DNA of 64,000 nt from assembly GCA_963745835.1 (NCBI GenBank), contig CAVUZH010000016.1:288001-352000 (forward strand). The letters are read 5' to 3'. The position numbers and the translations under genes were made by a program. This stretch comes from an uncultured delta proteobacterium. GTDB taxonomy: Bacteria; Desulfobacterota; Binatia; UBA9968. Under the pieces are notes generated by a model. The model saw only the letters and a program-made list of their open reading frames with translations. It ran no database searches and was not told the origin of the DNA. Shown piece after piece: positions 34,297-44,996 of the stretch. The number at the start of each line of letters is the position of its first letter. The first letter of the stretch is position 1.

Positions 34297-34447
34297 GGGC
34301 TCTCCTCCAAACAAGCTCTGGGCAAAGTCGTTCGCAAACAATATTTAATGCGAAGGCTCGTGTCGAATCCTGTATACCCTGCACTCGCACCAGATGAAAC
34401 GCTGCGGCCATCTGCCAAACCATCGCACGAGATTCAAAGTGCAGAGA

Positions 34448-34696
34448 TCAGAACCAAGTCGTTTTCAATCTGGCCGCTAATTGCCTCGCGCTCAGCCGGT
34501 ATTTGAATGCTTTGCGGCCGTTGATGAACAACACCGGAACCTCTTCTCCATACTTCTGCTTCAGATCAGCGGAGCTATCGATGTCGATCTCCTCAACGTC
34601 TACCGGAGTTCTCTGGGCTACTTGCCGGATGACGGTTTTCATCTCGTCACACAGGCAACAGTCGACTCGAGAGTACAAGACCAATCGATGCCTCAT
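34448..34696 (-). CDS. Glutaredoxin-like protein (DUF836)
   Basis: LYSRVDCCLCDE (CxxC), EIDID, YGEEVPVLFING. Confidence 0.88.
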   Translation of the reverse strand: MRHRLVLYSRVDCCLCDEMKTVIRQVAQRTPVDVEEIDIDSSADLKQKYGEEVPVLFINGRKAFKYRLSARQLAARLKTTWF

Positions 34697-37600
34697 CTTG
34701 GCGCTGCCTTACTATCCTCCCGTTTTTGATTGTCGCCCAAGCCAATCGCGTTCTTCGGTATTCCGAGAACCCCCCAGAACCATTCGGATAAGGTGCCGAG
34801 CGGTGCCGGCGTAATCGTCGGCTCCTCAATCGGACCCTTGATATTGAAGCTCGCGACTAAGAAGGAGTTCTTTATGGCGGCGATACCACGGCCAAGAAGA
34901 GGTATGTTATTAATCGCTGAATCGATGCCTGCAAACGGTCGCACGGCGATGATAAAATCTATGTCATCTTTCGGCACGTCAATTCTACCGGTGCCGGTCA
35001 TGCGCAGATCATCGCTATCGACGACAAGATTTTGGGTGAAATAAACGCCTTTGTTCACTTTGAAATCAGCGGCGATGGAACGAAAGCGGATGCCGTCTTT
35101 GGTCAAGTCGGGGAGTTGCAACGTAAACCAGCGGGACAGATCGAGTAGATTTAAAATCTGCACCAGAATGCGCATTCGGTGAATAATCCCCTCCTCGATC
35201 TTGAGATTAAAAGCGCCGTTCAGATTCCTTTTGCGTTCGGCATCGTCGTTGCCGGCGGTCTCAAGGTTTCCTGTCAGGTTTACCGTTCCACTCATTTCGG
35301 TCGTGGTCATGTCGAACCAGCGAAGAAACGACTGAACCGGGACCCCTCGAATCTGAGAATCCGCGTCTATGCTCAAGGTATCGGGACGATCCTCAATGCT
35401 CGCCTTGGCCCGCACGGTTCCCCCTGCCGCGCGCGCTGTAAGATTTGACAGACGCCACACCCGGCGATCAATGGTGACGTCACTTTTTAAATCGCCGAAA
35501 TCGATGGCCCTTATTTTTCCATTAGCTACGGCGATGCGGCCTCGGGCCTGCAGATTAGCGTAGAACTCACTCGATTCGGCATCGACCTGGGATAACAGGT
35601 AAGTGAGATCCAAACTCGGCGCCGTGAAGTCGAAAACCAGCTGCGGCCTTTCCGCGTAACGCCATCGGCCACTGACCGCGCTGGGGAATCCAACGAGCAC
35701 GCCCGTGATACTCTGGAAATCAATTCCGCTCTCGTCGAATTTTATGTTTCCATTTAATGCACGGATAGGCTGCAATAACGGCTGAGTGGCGAGCTGAACA
35801 TCAACTAGATCCAAATTGCCGGTAAAGCTCCGTTTGTCCTTGTTGGTCAACGATCCGTGGTACCGGAGCGAGCCGCGCACGATCCCTGGATCGTTGGCCG
35901 ATCCGGACGAAAGTAACAGCCGGGTAATTATCCCGGATTTCATCCCGGTCGAGTCGACGTTGATATCGAAAATGCCCTCTGGCGAGGCGTAATCCCTCAC
36001 TATCAAACCGATCTGGATCGGCGATTCAGAAATCGTCGCGCTTATTTTCTCGGCTTTGATCTCTGTTCCGGTGAAATTGATATCGCCTCGCATCTGGCTC
36101 AAAAGAAAATCGCCCCTGCGCAACTGCGCGTTATCCAAAGTGAGGGTTCCAGTGATTTGCGGCGGCGCCTCTTCGAGTCGCTGTAAAAACAGCTCAGCGC
36201 GAGCCCTGCCGTTTAGTTCTTGAGTATCAGCAACCATCTTAGCTTCTATCGGAAAGACTCCCAGGATCAGTTGCTCTCGTACCTCCGCAAGATCCAGGTC
36301 GCCGCGAGCTTGCAAATTGAGCGCGCGCTCATGGACTGCGTACGTCCCGGCGACCTTGTTCAGCCGTGAATTACCGTAACTTCCATTGATATCGGTCAAC
36401 ATGATCAGATTGTTGTCTAGAGTTATATGGCCTTGAACCAAGCTCAGCGGTAAAGCTCCATCACGGTTGAGCTTCATGCCGAGATTACGCAGCTCCGCCG
36501 CCAACCAGACGCCTTCACCGATGCCGGTCACGGCCCAACGGCGCATCTGTGCAAGAGTCGCATCGATACCGGCCTTCTTAATGATCACTTCACCTTCTTG
36601 AATGCTTGCGAGCAGGCTCTCGACTTGGGGCGCCATGAGCTTTGTTGGAAGAAACTTTCGCACTGCCGCAATCGGCAGCGGCGAGGCCGATAATTGCAAA
36701 TGAAGATGAGAATCATCGTCGGTCGATCGAACTTCGCCCGTAATTGAAACCCTGGTATCACTCGATAGAATATTGAGCCGGGAGAATGCGAGCCGGCGCC
36801 GAGTCCATTCGGCTGCAAAACTCACTTTCGCATCGCCGACGCTCAAAGGCGCAGCAAACAGCTCCGGTTCATCGAGCTCCAGCTGTTTGAATTCGAGATC
36901 ACCGCTGATCTGCAACCGCTCGGACAGGCGACCCTCAACGTGGAGTTGCTGCGCCAGACGCCCGCTCATGGACTTGAACGGAATGCGCCCGCGCCCATAT
37001 TCGATCAATAGATTCGCCGGTAAATCGTTAAACTTTATATCGGCGCTCCACCATGCGTTGCGGAATTCGAAAGCGTCTTGTGGCAAAACCAACTTTCCTT
37101 GCAAGCTCAAGGAGCTGTTCTGGGAATATTTCTCGAGGGTGCCCGTCAACGCAACCTGCAGCGCAAGTCCAGGCGGAAGTTTCTTCGCGCTCTTCAGCAG
37201 ACCTTGGATGAGCTCACTAAGTTGTTGCCCGTCGACACGCTCAATTTCCGCGTCGAAATCGCGCAGGCGTAAGCTGACCGGATTTTCATCCGGAAGCCGA
37301 TCAATCCATTGGAGTTGTGCTTGTTGAATTTTGATGGACCGCAGATCGAACTCGTAATCACGGCTTTTCTGCTGCAAAAAAGGAAGAGCCAGAAGTTTAT
37401 CGAGTAGCGGAATGCGGCCGTCGTTTTCGCGCACGATTTGCGCCACCGGTTTAAGCAGACGAACGTCATAAAAGATGAGCTTTCGTTGCAACAGCGGCAA
37501 CAACGCGACGCGGGCTGTAATCCGTTCAGCAGTTAACAGTGGGTTAGCTGCAGCGGGTTCCGACAATTTCAGATCGCGAAATCCGATTCCCGCAATCCAG

Positions 37601-37782
37601 CCAATATCGAAGTCTGCTGCGCCGAGTTGAACTTCTAATCGGGTCTCCTGCTCGATCTGGCTAATCAGGAATCGGCGAAACTCGCCGATGCGGAGTAGAT
37701 GATAAAACGCCAGACTGCCGATGATCACGAGGAAAATGGATGTCGCCGCAAAGAACACGCAGAGCTTGAGGAGTCTTTTCAT
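34693..37782 (-). CDS. AsmA-like / YhdP family protein
   Basis: N-terminal TM, long beta-rich body, C-terminal AsmA_2 region (NNIPLLG...FNIKGPIEEP). Confidence 0.85.
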   Translation of the reverse strand: MKRLLKLCVFFAATSIFLVIIGSLAFYHLLRIGEFRRFLISQIEQETRLEVQLGAADFDIGWIAGIGFRDLKLSEPAAANPLLTAERITARVALLPLLQRKLIFYDVRLLKPVAQIVRENDGRIPLLDKLLALPFLQQKSRDYEFDLRSIKIQQAQLQWIDRLPDENPVSLRLRDFDAEIERVDGQQLSELIQGLLKSAKKLPPGLALQVALTGTLEKYSQNSSLSLQGKLVLPQDAFEFRNAWWSADIKFNDLPANLLIEYGRGRIPFKSMSGRLAQQLHVEGRLSERLQISGDLEFKQLELDEPELFAAPLSVGDAKVSFAAEWTRRRLAFSRLNILSSDTRVSITGEVRSTDDDSHLHLQLSASPLPIAAVRKFLPTKLMAPQVESLLASIQEGEVIIKKAGIDATLAQMRRWAVTGIGEGVWLAAELRNLGMKLNRDGALPLSLVQGHITLDNNLIMLTDINGSYGNSRLNKVAGTYAVHERALNLQARGDLDLAEVREQLILGVFPIEAKMVADTQELNGRARAELFLQRLEEAPPQITGTLTLDNAQLRRGDFLLSQMRGDINFTGTEIKAEKISATISESPIQIGLIVRDYASPEGIFDINVDSTGMKSGIITRLLLSSGSANDPGIVRGSLRYHGSLTNKDKRSFTGNLDLVDVQLATQPLLQPIRALNGNIKFDESGIDFQSITGVLVGFPSAVSGRWRYAERPQLVFDFTAPSLDLTYLLSQVDAESSEFYANLQARGRIAVANGKIRAIDFGDLKSDVTIDRRVWRLSNLTARAAGGTVRAKASIEDRPDTLSIDADSQIRGVPVQSFLRWFDMTTTEMSGTVNLTGNLETAGNDDAERKRNLNGAFNLKIEEGIIHRMRILVQILNLLDLSRWFTLQLPDLTKDGIRFRSIAADFKVNKGVYFTQNLVVDSDDLRMTGTGRIDVPKDDIDFIIAVRPFAGIDSAINNIPLLGRGIAAIKNSFLVASFNIKGPIEEPTITPAPLGTLSEWFWGVLGIPKNAIGLGDNQKREDSKAAPR

Positions 37783-38006
37783 AGAGATGCGGGGTCAAGA
37801 TCAGTCAATCTCGTTGGCCTTAGTAGTTCACCCGGGGAAGATCCGATCATGCTAGTGGAACTCCACCTGGGGCGCAAGCAAACGGGAGCCAGTGCGAACT
37901 GCTGAAACGTGTATAGATACAACGTCCCCAGTCGAATCATCCAGTTTTGAGACTGATGCGGCAGCTTCTTTGAAGCCTTTCAAGCTCGCATACTAAGCTA
38001 CTCTCC

Positions 38007-38035
38007 TTGACACTCTCTAGTGAACTTGTTAGAAA
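38007..38035 (+). promoter_or_regulatory. Candidate sigma70 promoter (extended -10)
   Basis: TTGACA-17bp-TAGAAA with TGn extension, upstream of the HTH gene. Confidence 0.45.
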
Positions 38036-38083
38036 AAAAGATCCCCCGCGAAGGCAACTGAACATCAACCTCGGAGGAAACAG

Positions 38084-38278
38084 ATGCTTGAGAGAGATGA
38101 GGAGCTGTTAAACAGCAAGCAAGTTGCCGTGATTCTCGACATGAGCCCGGACACCGTGAATGAGTTCGCGCGTAAAAACATTCTGCCTGCCTTTAAGAAA
38201 GGCAAGCAGTGGCGCTTTCGCAAAAGAGATATTTCCGTGTTTTTTAAAAAACAGTCCAGAGATATACGTGACGCCTGA
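38084..38278 (+). CDS. Small helix-turn-helix DNA-binding protein (HTH_17, excisionase-like fold)
   Basis: LLNSKQVAVILDMSPDTV...LPAFKKGKQWRF; GGAGG RBS. Confidence 0.85.
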   Translation: MLERDEELLNSKQVAVILDMSPDTVNEFARKNILPAFKKGKQWRFRKRDISVFFKKQSRDIRDA

Positions 38279-38307
38279 CATGTACATCTTGGCAAGGGGT
38301 ACTAACA

Positions 38308-38979
38308 ATGGCTGAAATCGAGGCGCATGAAAGCAAAATCTACTCAGAATTTGCTCCACTCTACGACAAAATTTTCGGTAAGATCTTCTACTCTCGCTTG
38401 GAACGCGTCATTGAGGATCTAGAGATTCCGCCAGGCGCAAAGGTTCTCGAGGTCGGTGCCGGAACCGGCACTTCTTTCCCTGCTTATCCTAGTCACTGCG
38501 AAGTTATCGGAATCGATCTGGCGCCCGACATGTTGGTCCGGGCCCGGCAAAAAATCGAGGATCATGGCTGGACCCATCTCAGAGTGATGGAGATGAACGC
38601 ACTCAGCCTTGATTTTCCGGATAACACCTTCGACTACGTGATGGCCTTTCATGTGGTGACCGTTGTCCCCGATCCGATCCAGATGATTTCTGAGGCTAAA
38701 AGAGTCTGCAAGCCCGGCGGATCGATCGTCATCGTTAATCACTTTACCAGCGATGTACCGGTATTGGGCTCGATGACGGAGGCTTTGGATCCGCTCACTC
38801 GCAAACTGGGATGGCGCACCAACTTACGGTTAAAGCCGTTTATTGAGGCGGCGGATTTAAGCGTACAGCGAGCCTACAAGCTTTCAAAAACATCCCTCTA
38901 CACTGTTGTGTTAGGCAGCAAAAGCCGCAACGGCCGCCGTTTTACTAATGGCGCTGCAGCCAAAAACATTCATCACTGA
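38308..38979 (+). CDS. Class I SAM methyltransferase, phosphatidylethanolamine N-methyltransferase (PmtA)-like
   Basis: YDKIFG, VLEVGAGTG, GIDL, VVTVVPDP, RVCKPGG, IVNHF. Confidence 0.85.
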   Translation: MAEIEAHESKIYSEFAPLYDKIFGKIFYSRLERVIEDLEIPPGAKVLEVGAGTGTSFPAYPSHCEVIGIDLAPDMLVRARQKIEDHGWTHLRVMEMNALSLDFPDNTFDYVMAFHVVTVVPDPIQMISEAKRVCKPGGSIVIVNHFTSDVPVLGSMTEALDPLTRKLGWRTNLRLKPFIEAADLSVQRAYKLSKTSLYTVVLGSKSRNGRRFTNGAAAKNIHH

Positions 38980-39102
38980 GTTGTTCAAAGCTGTATTCAA
39001 ACGCGCTCGCTGACCCTATCGGGCCGGGCACTGTCCGATATCCACTAGAAGAACCGAGAGGGGCAACAAGGCTGGAGCAGCAGAACCGCCATTGCCGGAC
39101 TG

Positions 39103-39300
39103 CTAACGATGAAAGTCTTTGGAGTTTTCGTCCTTAGGCTCCTTGACGGAATCCTCACTGTCATCGCTGCTCACCCCTTTTTTGAAGTCCCGAATGGCTT
39201 TGCCTAAGCCACTACCGATCTGAGGCAGCTTGCTGGGGCCGAAGACGACCAGCGCGATAGCCAAGATAATTAACAGCTCTTGCATACCGAGTCCGAACAT
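39103..39300 (-). CDS. tatA: Twin-arginine translocase TatA/E
   Basis: MFGLGMQELLIILAIALVVFGPSKLPQIGSGLGKAIRDFKK. Confidence 0.95.
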   Translation of the reverse strand: MFGLGMQELLIILAIALVVFGPSKLPQIGSGLGKAIRDFKKGVSSDDSEDSVKEPKDENSKDFHR

Positions 39301-39308
39301 AAACCCTC

Positions 39309-40745
39309 CTAGTTCTTACGCCTCAAAGCGAAGAATACAGCGTTATCTCCTCGTTGAACAAGAAGCAAGATGCGCTCCCCACGCCTGCCTTGACGCACGG
39401 CGCGTTCGAAATCTTTGACATTGTTGACCGGCTTCTGATTAACCTCCCGGATTACATCCGCAGGCTCCAAACCTACCTGCTCCGCAGGGCTGCCGGATTG
39501 TACTTCCAGAACCAGAACCCCCTTGATAGAGCTCAGTCCCAGACGGCGGGAGCTCTCCGGTGTGATACGTTGAACTCGTAATCCCAGCTCCGGGTCACGC
39601 GCTTCCACCTGCTGGCTGCCATCACCATCATCCGGCAACTCGCCGATGCGAACCGAAACAATTCGCTCGAGTTTCTCGCGTACGATCTTCAACGTGACCT
39701 TATGGCCGGGCGCGGTGTCGGCGATCATAGTGCGAAGATCGGGATTTTTCGAAAGCGGCTTGTTGTTAAATTCAGCGATTACGTCGCCAACCTTGATGCC
39801 CGCTTCTGCGGCTGGGCTATTTTCCGTCACTTCCGTCACTGTTTGTATCTCCCCGGCAAAATGGGACAGTCCCAATGCGGACGCCGCTTGTTGTGAAACG
39901 GCTCGCGCCCGGATACCAAGCCAGCCGCGCACCACTTTGCCGTTCTTTCGGAGTTGATCGGCGACCTTTTTGGCCAGGTCGATGGGAATTGCAAAGCCGA
40001 TCCCGACGTTGCCGCCACTCTGGCTAAAGATAGCACTGTTCACTCCCACCACTTCGCCGACAGCATTGATCAGTGGGCCACCGCTATTGCCGGGATTGAT
40101 CGATGCGTCGGTCTGAATGAAATTATCGTAGGGTCCAGCGCCGATGACCCGGCCTTTGGCGCTGACGATTCCCGCCGTTACTGTATGTTCCAAGCCAAAC
40201 GGATTACCGATCGCCATGACCCAATCACCGACATCCAATTGGCTCGAGGTGCCCAGCCGGGCGAAAGGTAGAGGAACATTGGTCTTCCGAATCTTAATCA
40301 GAGCTAAATCCGTTCTGTCATCCTTGCCGACCAGACGAGCCTCGTATTCAGACTGATCGGCGAGCTTTACTTTAATCGCGTCGGCATTCTTGACGACATG
40401 ATAGCTGGTCAGAATCTCCCCGTCCTTGCTGATTAGAATACCGGACCCGAGACTCCTCTGGCTGGTGTCGCGAGGCTGAGACTCGCCAAAGAAACGATTA
40501 AAGAACTCATCAATCGGATCGCCGGAACCGCCGCGCGGAGCGCGTTGTGCGGTCGTCGAAATATTGACGACGATGGGCATGGTCCGTTTGGCAACAGTGG
40601 CAAAAGTCGGAGGGCGATTTTCCAGCGCCGCCAAAGTAGCCACCGCAGCGCTAGACGACCCATTGCTTTGCGCGGCAATGGCCGGCAGGAAATACCCTAG
40701 TGCCAGGCCAAAGCCGAGCCGATAGACGGATTTAAACGGCGACAT
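39309..40745 (-). CDS. htrA: Do/DegQ family periplasmic serine protease with two PDZ domains
   Basis: SLGSG, HVV, TDLAL, IQTDASINPGNSGGPL, two PDZ domains. Confidence 0.93.
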   Translation of the reverse strand: MSPFKSVYRLGFGLALGYFLPAIAAQSNGSSSAAVATLAALENRPPTFATVAKRTMPIVVNISTTAQRAPRGGSGDPIDEFFNRFFGESQPRDTSQRSLGSGILISKDGEILTSYHVVKNADAIKVKLADQSEYEARLVGKDDRTDLALIKIRKTNVPLPFARLGTSSQLDVGDWVMAIGNPFGLEHTVTAGIVSAKGRVIGAGPYDNFIQTDASINPGNSGGPLINAVGEVVGVNSAIFSQSGGNVGIGFAIPIDLAKKVADQLRKNGKVVRGWLGIRARAVSQQAASALGLSHFAGEIQTVTEVTENSPAAEAGIKVGDVIAEFNNKPLSKNPDLRTMIADTAPGHKVTLKIVREKLERIVSVRIGELPDDGDGSQQVEARDPELGLRVQRITPESSRRLGLSSIKGVLVLEVQSGSPAEQVGLEPADVIREVNQKPVNNVKDFERAVRQGRRGERILLLVQRGDNAVFFALRRKN

Positions 40746-40892
40746 GCTTAGTCTCCCGCTTGCGCGGCCAAAGTGAAGCTCACGATAACAGATTTTTATC
40801 CTGCCTATAAGGGCGCCAATTGGTTAGAATCATTTGCAAATCACCATACCAATGGTTAAGAAGAGACGCGAAGTCGCGCTCCCAAGGACATA

Positions 40893-42245
40893 ATGAAATC
40901 CACTCCCATCGATTACGATACAGTTCGAGAAATGTTGCGCACTGCGACGCCGGATCGCATATTGCGCTTCATCGGCAAAAGCCATCCTGCCGACATTGCG
41001 CTCCTCTTCAAGGGACTGGACCCGACCGAGGTGCGACAATTTTTCGACATCCTCTTCTCCGCTCGTCGAGCCGCCAAAACTCTCACCGAACTACCGCCTG
41101 AGTTGTTGCCCGACATCCTGGCGCTGATCGACGATGAGAAAATCGCCCGTGTCATTGTGCGCGCCGATCCCGACGATGCCGTGACGATTATCGACAGCTT
41201 AACGGAAGAGCGCCGTGAATCTGTTTTGTCGTTACTGGATCCCGAGCGCCGCGAGGAAGTGCGCGAGCTGATCAGCTATCCCGAAGGCACCGTTGGCAGA
41301 ATCATGAACACGGAATTTATGGCTTTGGCGCCCACCACTACGGCTCAAGGCGCCATTGATAAAATCCGTGAACGCGGCGAGCTTGAGAGTTTTTTCTATC
41401 TTTACGTCGTCGACCACGAGAACAAGTTAGTCGGTGTCGTGCCGATTCGCAATTTAGTCATCGCACCCCGTGATCGCACATTAAGCGAGATGATGATTGC
41501 GGACCCGCTAAAAGGCGATGTCTTCATGGACCAGGAAGAAGCGGCCCGCATCGTCGCGAAATACGAGCTTTTAGCCTTACCGATCGTCGATGAGGGCGGT
41601 CGATTGGAAGGCATCATCACGGTCGACGACGTCATCGATATCATCAACGAGGAAAGCACCGAAGACATGTACAAGATGGCCGGCTTAGCCGAGGAGGATC
41701 GAGTTTTCACGCCGATCTCCCGGTCGGTTAAGATGCGGCTCCCATGGACGATGCTGAATTTGCTGACGACGGGGTTGGCAGCGTCAGTAGTGACGATCTT
41801 CCAAGGCACGATCACGGAACTTGTCGCCCTGGTAACGTTTATGCCGATTGTCGCGGGAGTTGGCGGCAACGGCGCGACTCAAACCGCGACGGTAATTATT
41901 CGTGGCATTGCGCTTGGCGAGCTTGAATTCTCGTCCGCGTGGAAAGCGATCGTCAAGCAGGTTTCCGTTAATGTTTGTCTCGCTGTTGCGGCGGGCGCCG
42001 TGATCGCTCTGATTGCGGCCTTGTGGCAGGGGAATCCAACTCTGGGATTCGTGCTCGCCGTTGCGATGATACTGAATCTGGGCCTGGTCGCCGGGCTCTC
42101 GGGAGCAGTCATCCCGCTGCTGTTAAAAGCGATGAAATTCGATCCGGCGCTGGGTTCCGGGATCGTGGTAACCGGCCTTACCGATGCGTTTGGCTTTCTT
42201 TCTTTCCTCGGCCTAGCGACGTTGTTTATTCATTACCTGACTTAA
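40893..42245 (+). CDS. mgtE: Magnesium transporter MgtE
   Basis: HPADIA N-domain, CBS pair, GGNGATQ, DPALGS...TGLTD. Confidence 0.95.
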   Translation: MKSTPIDYDTVREMLRTATPDRILRFIGKSHPADIALLFKGLDPTEVRQFFDILFSARRAAKTLTELPPELLPDILALIDDEKIARVIVRADPDDAVTIIDSLTEERRESVLSLLDPERREEVRELISYPEGTVGRIMNTEFMALAPTTTAQGAIDKIRERGELESFFYLYVVDHENKLVGVVPIRNLVIAPRDRTLSEMMIADPLKGDVFMDQEEAARIVAKYELLALPIVDEGGRLEGIITVDDVIDIINEESTEDMYKMAGLAEEDRVFTPISRSVKMRLPWTMLNLLTTGLAASVVTIFQGTITELVALVTFMPIVAGVGGNGATQTATVIIRGIALGELEFSSAWKAIVKQVSVNVCLAVAAGAVIALIAALWQGNPTLGFVLAVAMILNLGLVAGLSGAVIPLLLKAMKFDPALGSGIVVTGLTDAFGFLSFLGLATLFIHYLT

Positions 42246-43216
42246 ATCTCAGCGCTGACCGTGCTTGCGGGCGCGGAACCTTTCTTGACCAGAAAGAGTA
42301 CTCCGCCAATCAAACTATCCACCGCGACGATGAGGAACAATAATAAGCCGAAGGCGATGCCCTGTTCGGAGTTGATACCGATCAATGCAAGCAGAAAGAT
42401 ATATCCGCCCTCGCGCAAGCCAAAACCGTTAACGCTGATCGGCAGCGCCGAAAAGGTTCCGACCAAGGGATAAACGATGATGCAAAAAGATAGCGGCAGA
42501 CTCAGGTGAAGGGCCCACCCCATGATCACATGCAAATAGGCTTGAACCAGGTGAACCATGAACGACAGAGTGATCGCTTGGGGAATGACGCGCCAGCCCC
42601 TGCGGTAGCTTGTCAGAATCATACGCAACTTGGTAACCCACGGATGCGCATCCCCGGGCAGCACGCGCCGAACCAGAGGCAGGAGCAAGCCAACGATCAA
42701 AAAGCCGGCCGCCAAGGATAAGGTCAGTGCGCGTATCGGAGGAGGAACTCCATATTGAGGGAATAAGAGAAGACCAACTGCGCCAAGCCAGATAAGCACC
42801 ACCATGCCGATGGCGCGGTCCATCAACACCGAAACTGCGGCTTGAATGGTGCTTCCGGATGCGTGCTTCTGGTGGTCTTTGTTCTGCTCCCTGGCAAGAT
42901 AGTAGACACGGCTGACGTCTCCGCCCACCGTGCTCGGCGCGAATAGATTGAAAAACATGCCGATAAAATAGTAAGCGGCCAGATCCTTGTACGGGGTGCT
43001 GATGCCCAGCGGGCGGGTCAACACGGTCCATCTCAGAGCGCTAACTATTTGGGTGCCAAGATATATCACCAAGGCCAAGGCGATATAGGAAAAGTTCGCT
43101 GACGCCAGCGTATGGGCAAATTGTTCGCCGTCAATGCGCGTTACCAAATAGCCCAGCAGCCCGACGCTGACCAAGAGCTTGAGGGAAAACAACAGGATGC
43201 TCTTGCGGTTTTTCAT
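42242..43216 (-). CDS. Lysylphosphatidylglycerol synthase TM / flippase-like (UPF0104) membrane protein
   Basis: FFNLFAPSTVGGD, MDR, LPISVNGFGLRE. Confidence 0.88.
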   Translation of the reverse strand: MKNRKSILLFSLKLLVSVGLLGYLVTRIDGEQFAHTLASANFSYIALALVIYLGTQIVSALRWTVLTRPLGISTPYKDLAAYYFIGMFFNLFAPSTVGGDVSRVYYLAREQNKDHQKHASGSTIQAAVSVLMDRAIGMVVLIWLGAVGLLLFPQYGVPPPIRALTLSLAAGFLIVGLLLPLVRRVLPGDAHPWVTKLRMILTSYRRGWRVIPQAITLSFMVHLVQAYLHVIMGWALHLSLPLSFCIIVYPLVGTFSALPISVNGFGLREGGYIFLLALIGINSEQGIAFGLLLFLIVAVDSLIGGVLFLVKKGSAPASTVSAEI

Positions 43217-43869
43217 ATTTGAGGTTGGATAAGAACCTGCTCCTCGTCCTTCGAGAGATCATCCACCATCACTCTACGGCCGACAATATGAAGTTTTCGT
43301 TCGGCGTAAAGCTGAATCGCCCGCGGATAAATCTTATGTTCTTGCTTGAGGATGCGGGCCGCGAGAACGCTTTCGCTGTCGTCCGGAAAGACCGGCACCA
43401 CCGCCTGCATAATGATCGGGCCCTCGTCGCATTCATCATTGACAAAGTGAACCGTACAACCGGAGAATCGCACACCATGATCGAGCGCTTTTTTCTGCAC
43501 GCGCAGGCCGGGGAACGCCGGCAGCAATGCCGGATGAATATTCATGATGCGATTGGCATACGCTTTGATGAATAGCGGTGACAACAGCCGCATGAAACCG
43601 GCCAGCACGACGAGCTCAACGTTGCAGCGCCGGAGAATATCCACCACCGCCTGGTCGTAGGCTTCACGGCTGGAAAACGATTTATGATCCAACATTGCCG
43701 TGTAAAGATTGTGCTTCTGAGCTCGCCCCAGGCCATAAGCGTCCGCTTTATTGCTCAGCACGACCTCGATCTTAGCATCGAGGGCGCGCGCTTCGATGGC
43801 ATCGATGATGGCTTGAAGATTGGTGCCATTGCCTGAGATGAGAACGCCTATCGGAAGCTGCCGTGCCAT
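43213..43869 (-). CDS. purN: Phosphoribosylglycinamide formyltransferase
   Basis: LISGNGTNLQA, LAGFMR, NIHPALLPAFPG, GCTVHFV; ATG 43869. Confidence 0.96.
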   Translation of the reverse strand: MARQLPIGVLISGNGTNLQAIIDAIEARALDAKIEVVLSNKADAYGLGRAQKHNLYTAMLDHKSFSSREAYDQAVVDILRRCNVELVVLAGFMRLLSPLFIKAYANRIMNIHPALLPAFPGLRVQKKALDHGVRFSGCTVHFVNDECDEGPIIMQAVVPVFPDDSESVLAARILKQEHKIYPRAIQLYAERKLHIVGRRVMVDDLSKDEEQVLIQPQI

Positions 43870-43879
43870 AAGTTGTGCC

Positions 43880-44920
43880 TTAGATGATGTCTGCGCCGCG
43901 CCGGCCCTTGCGGATCTCGCCAATCACAATCGGCTTTTCTCCGCTTTGCTTAAGCGAGCGCATGGCTCCGTCGGCAGCTTTTTTGCCGACCACTAGGATC
44001 ATACCCAAACCGTTATTGAAGGTCCGGTCCATCTCCTCGCGAGGTACCGCGCCTATCTTTGCTATCATGCCAAATATCGGCGGCATCGGCCAGCTGTCCC
44101 TGTGGATAAGCGCGCGCGCGCCGGGTGGCAGAACACGCGGCAGATTTCCGACGATTCCACCACCGGTTATGTGCGCCGCGCCTTTGATAGGCCACTTAGC
44201 CAGTAGAGCGCGCATGGTCTTGGCGTAAATGCGCGTCGGCGTTAGCAGCTCCTCGCCCAGAGTTCGGCCGAGCTCGGGCAACCGTTGGCTCAGTTTTAGA
44301 CCACCGCGCGAAAGCAGGATCTTGCGGGCCAATGAATAGCCGTTGCTGTGAAGCCCACTGGAACCGAGCCCGATGAGAACATCGCCTGGAATAATCGCCG
44401 CAGGACTGAGAATTTTCTTTTTTTCTAACACCCCGACTACAAATCCCGCCAGATCATACTCTCCATCCCGGAAATCGCCGGGATGCTCAGCAGTCTCGCC
44501 ACCGATCAATACGCAGCCCGATTGCTGGCAACCTCGAGCGATGCCACGAATAACGGCCTCGGCAATACCGACATCGAGTTTGCCGCACACGAAGTAATCC
44601 AGGAAAAACAGCGGCTCGGCACCCTGCGTCAAAATGTCATTGACACTCATCGCCACCAGATCGATGCCGACCGTCTCATGAATACCGGTGGCGAAAGCAA
44701 TCTTGAGCTTAGTGCCGACACCGTCGGTTGAGGAAACCAGAACAGGTTCACGGTAGCGGCGAGCTTGCAAATCGAAAAGCGCGCTAAAACCGCCAACACC
44801 GGCCAGCAATCCCGGCATTTTGGTTTTCTTGGCAACACGGCCGATGCGGCGCACCAGCTCATCGCCCGCCTCGATGCTGACACCCGCCGCAGCGTAGGTC
44901 ATTGCTCGTTGTTTGGCCAA
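43880..44920 (-). CDS. purM: AIR synthase (phosphoribosylformylglycinamidine cyclo-ligase)
   Basis: TDGVGTK, GAEPLFFLDY, GGETAE, GLHSNGYSL, HITGGG. Confidence 0.97.
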   Translation of the reverse strand: MAKQRAMTYAAAGVSIEAGDELVRRIGRVAKKTKMPGLLAGVGGFSALFDLQARRYREPVLVSSTDGVGTKLKIAFATGIHETVGIDLVAMSVNDILTQGAEPLFFLDYFVCGKLDVGIAEAVIRGIARGCQQSGCVLIGGETAEHPGDFRDGEYDLAGFVVGVLEKKKILSPAAIIPGDVLIGLGSSGLHSNGYSLARKILLSRGGLKLSQRLPELGRTLGEELLTPTRIYAKTMRALLAKWPIKGAAHITGGGIVGNLPRVLPPGARALIHRDSWPMPPIFGMIAKIGAVPREEMDRTFNNGLGMILVVGKKAADGAMRSLKQSGEKPIVIGEIRKGRRGADII

Positions 44921-44996
44921 AGAATTATCGTCCGTTCTGTGTCGATTTGGAGGTAAGTGTGATTCGCCGAATGAGGACGCAGCAGCGGATGCAAAT

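Noticed and set aside
38084-38278. Excisionase-like HTH as a prophage or ICE marker
   Set aside because: No integrase, phage genes or att repeats nearby; it lies among housekeeping genes.
40390-40415. HtrA TSYHVV instead of the usual TNxHVV
   Set aside because: The catalytic His, Asp and GNSGG Ser are intact; a minor substitution.
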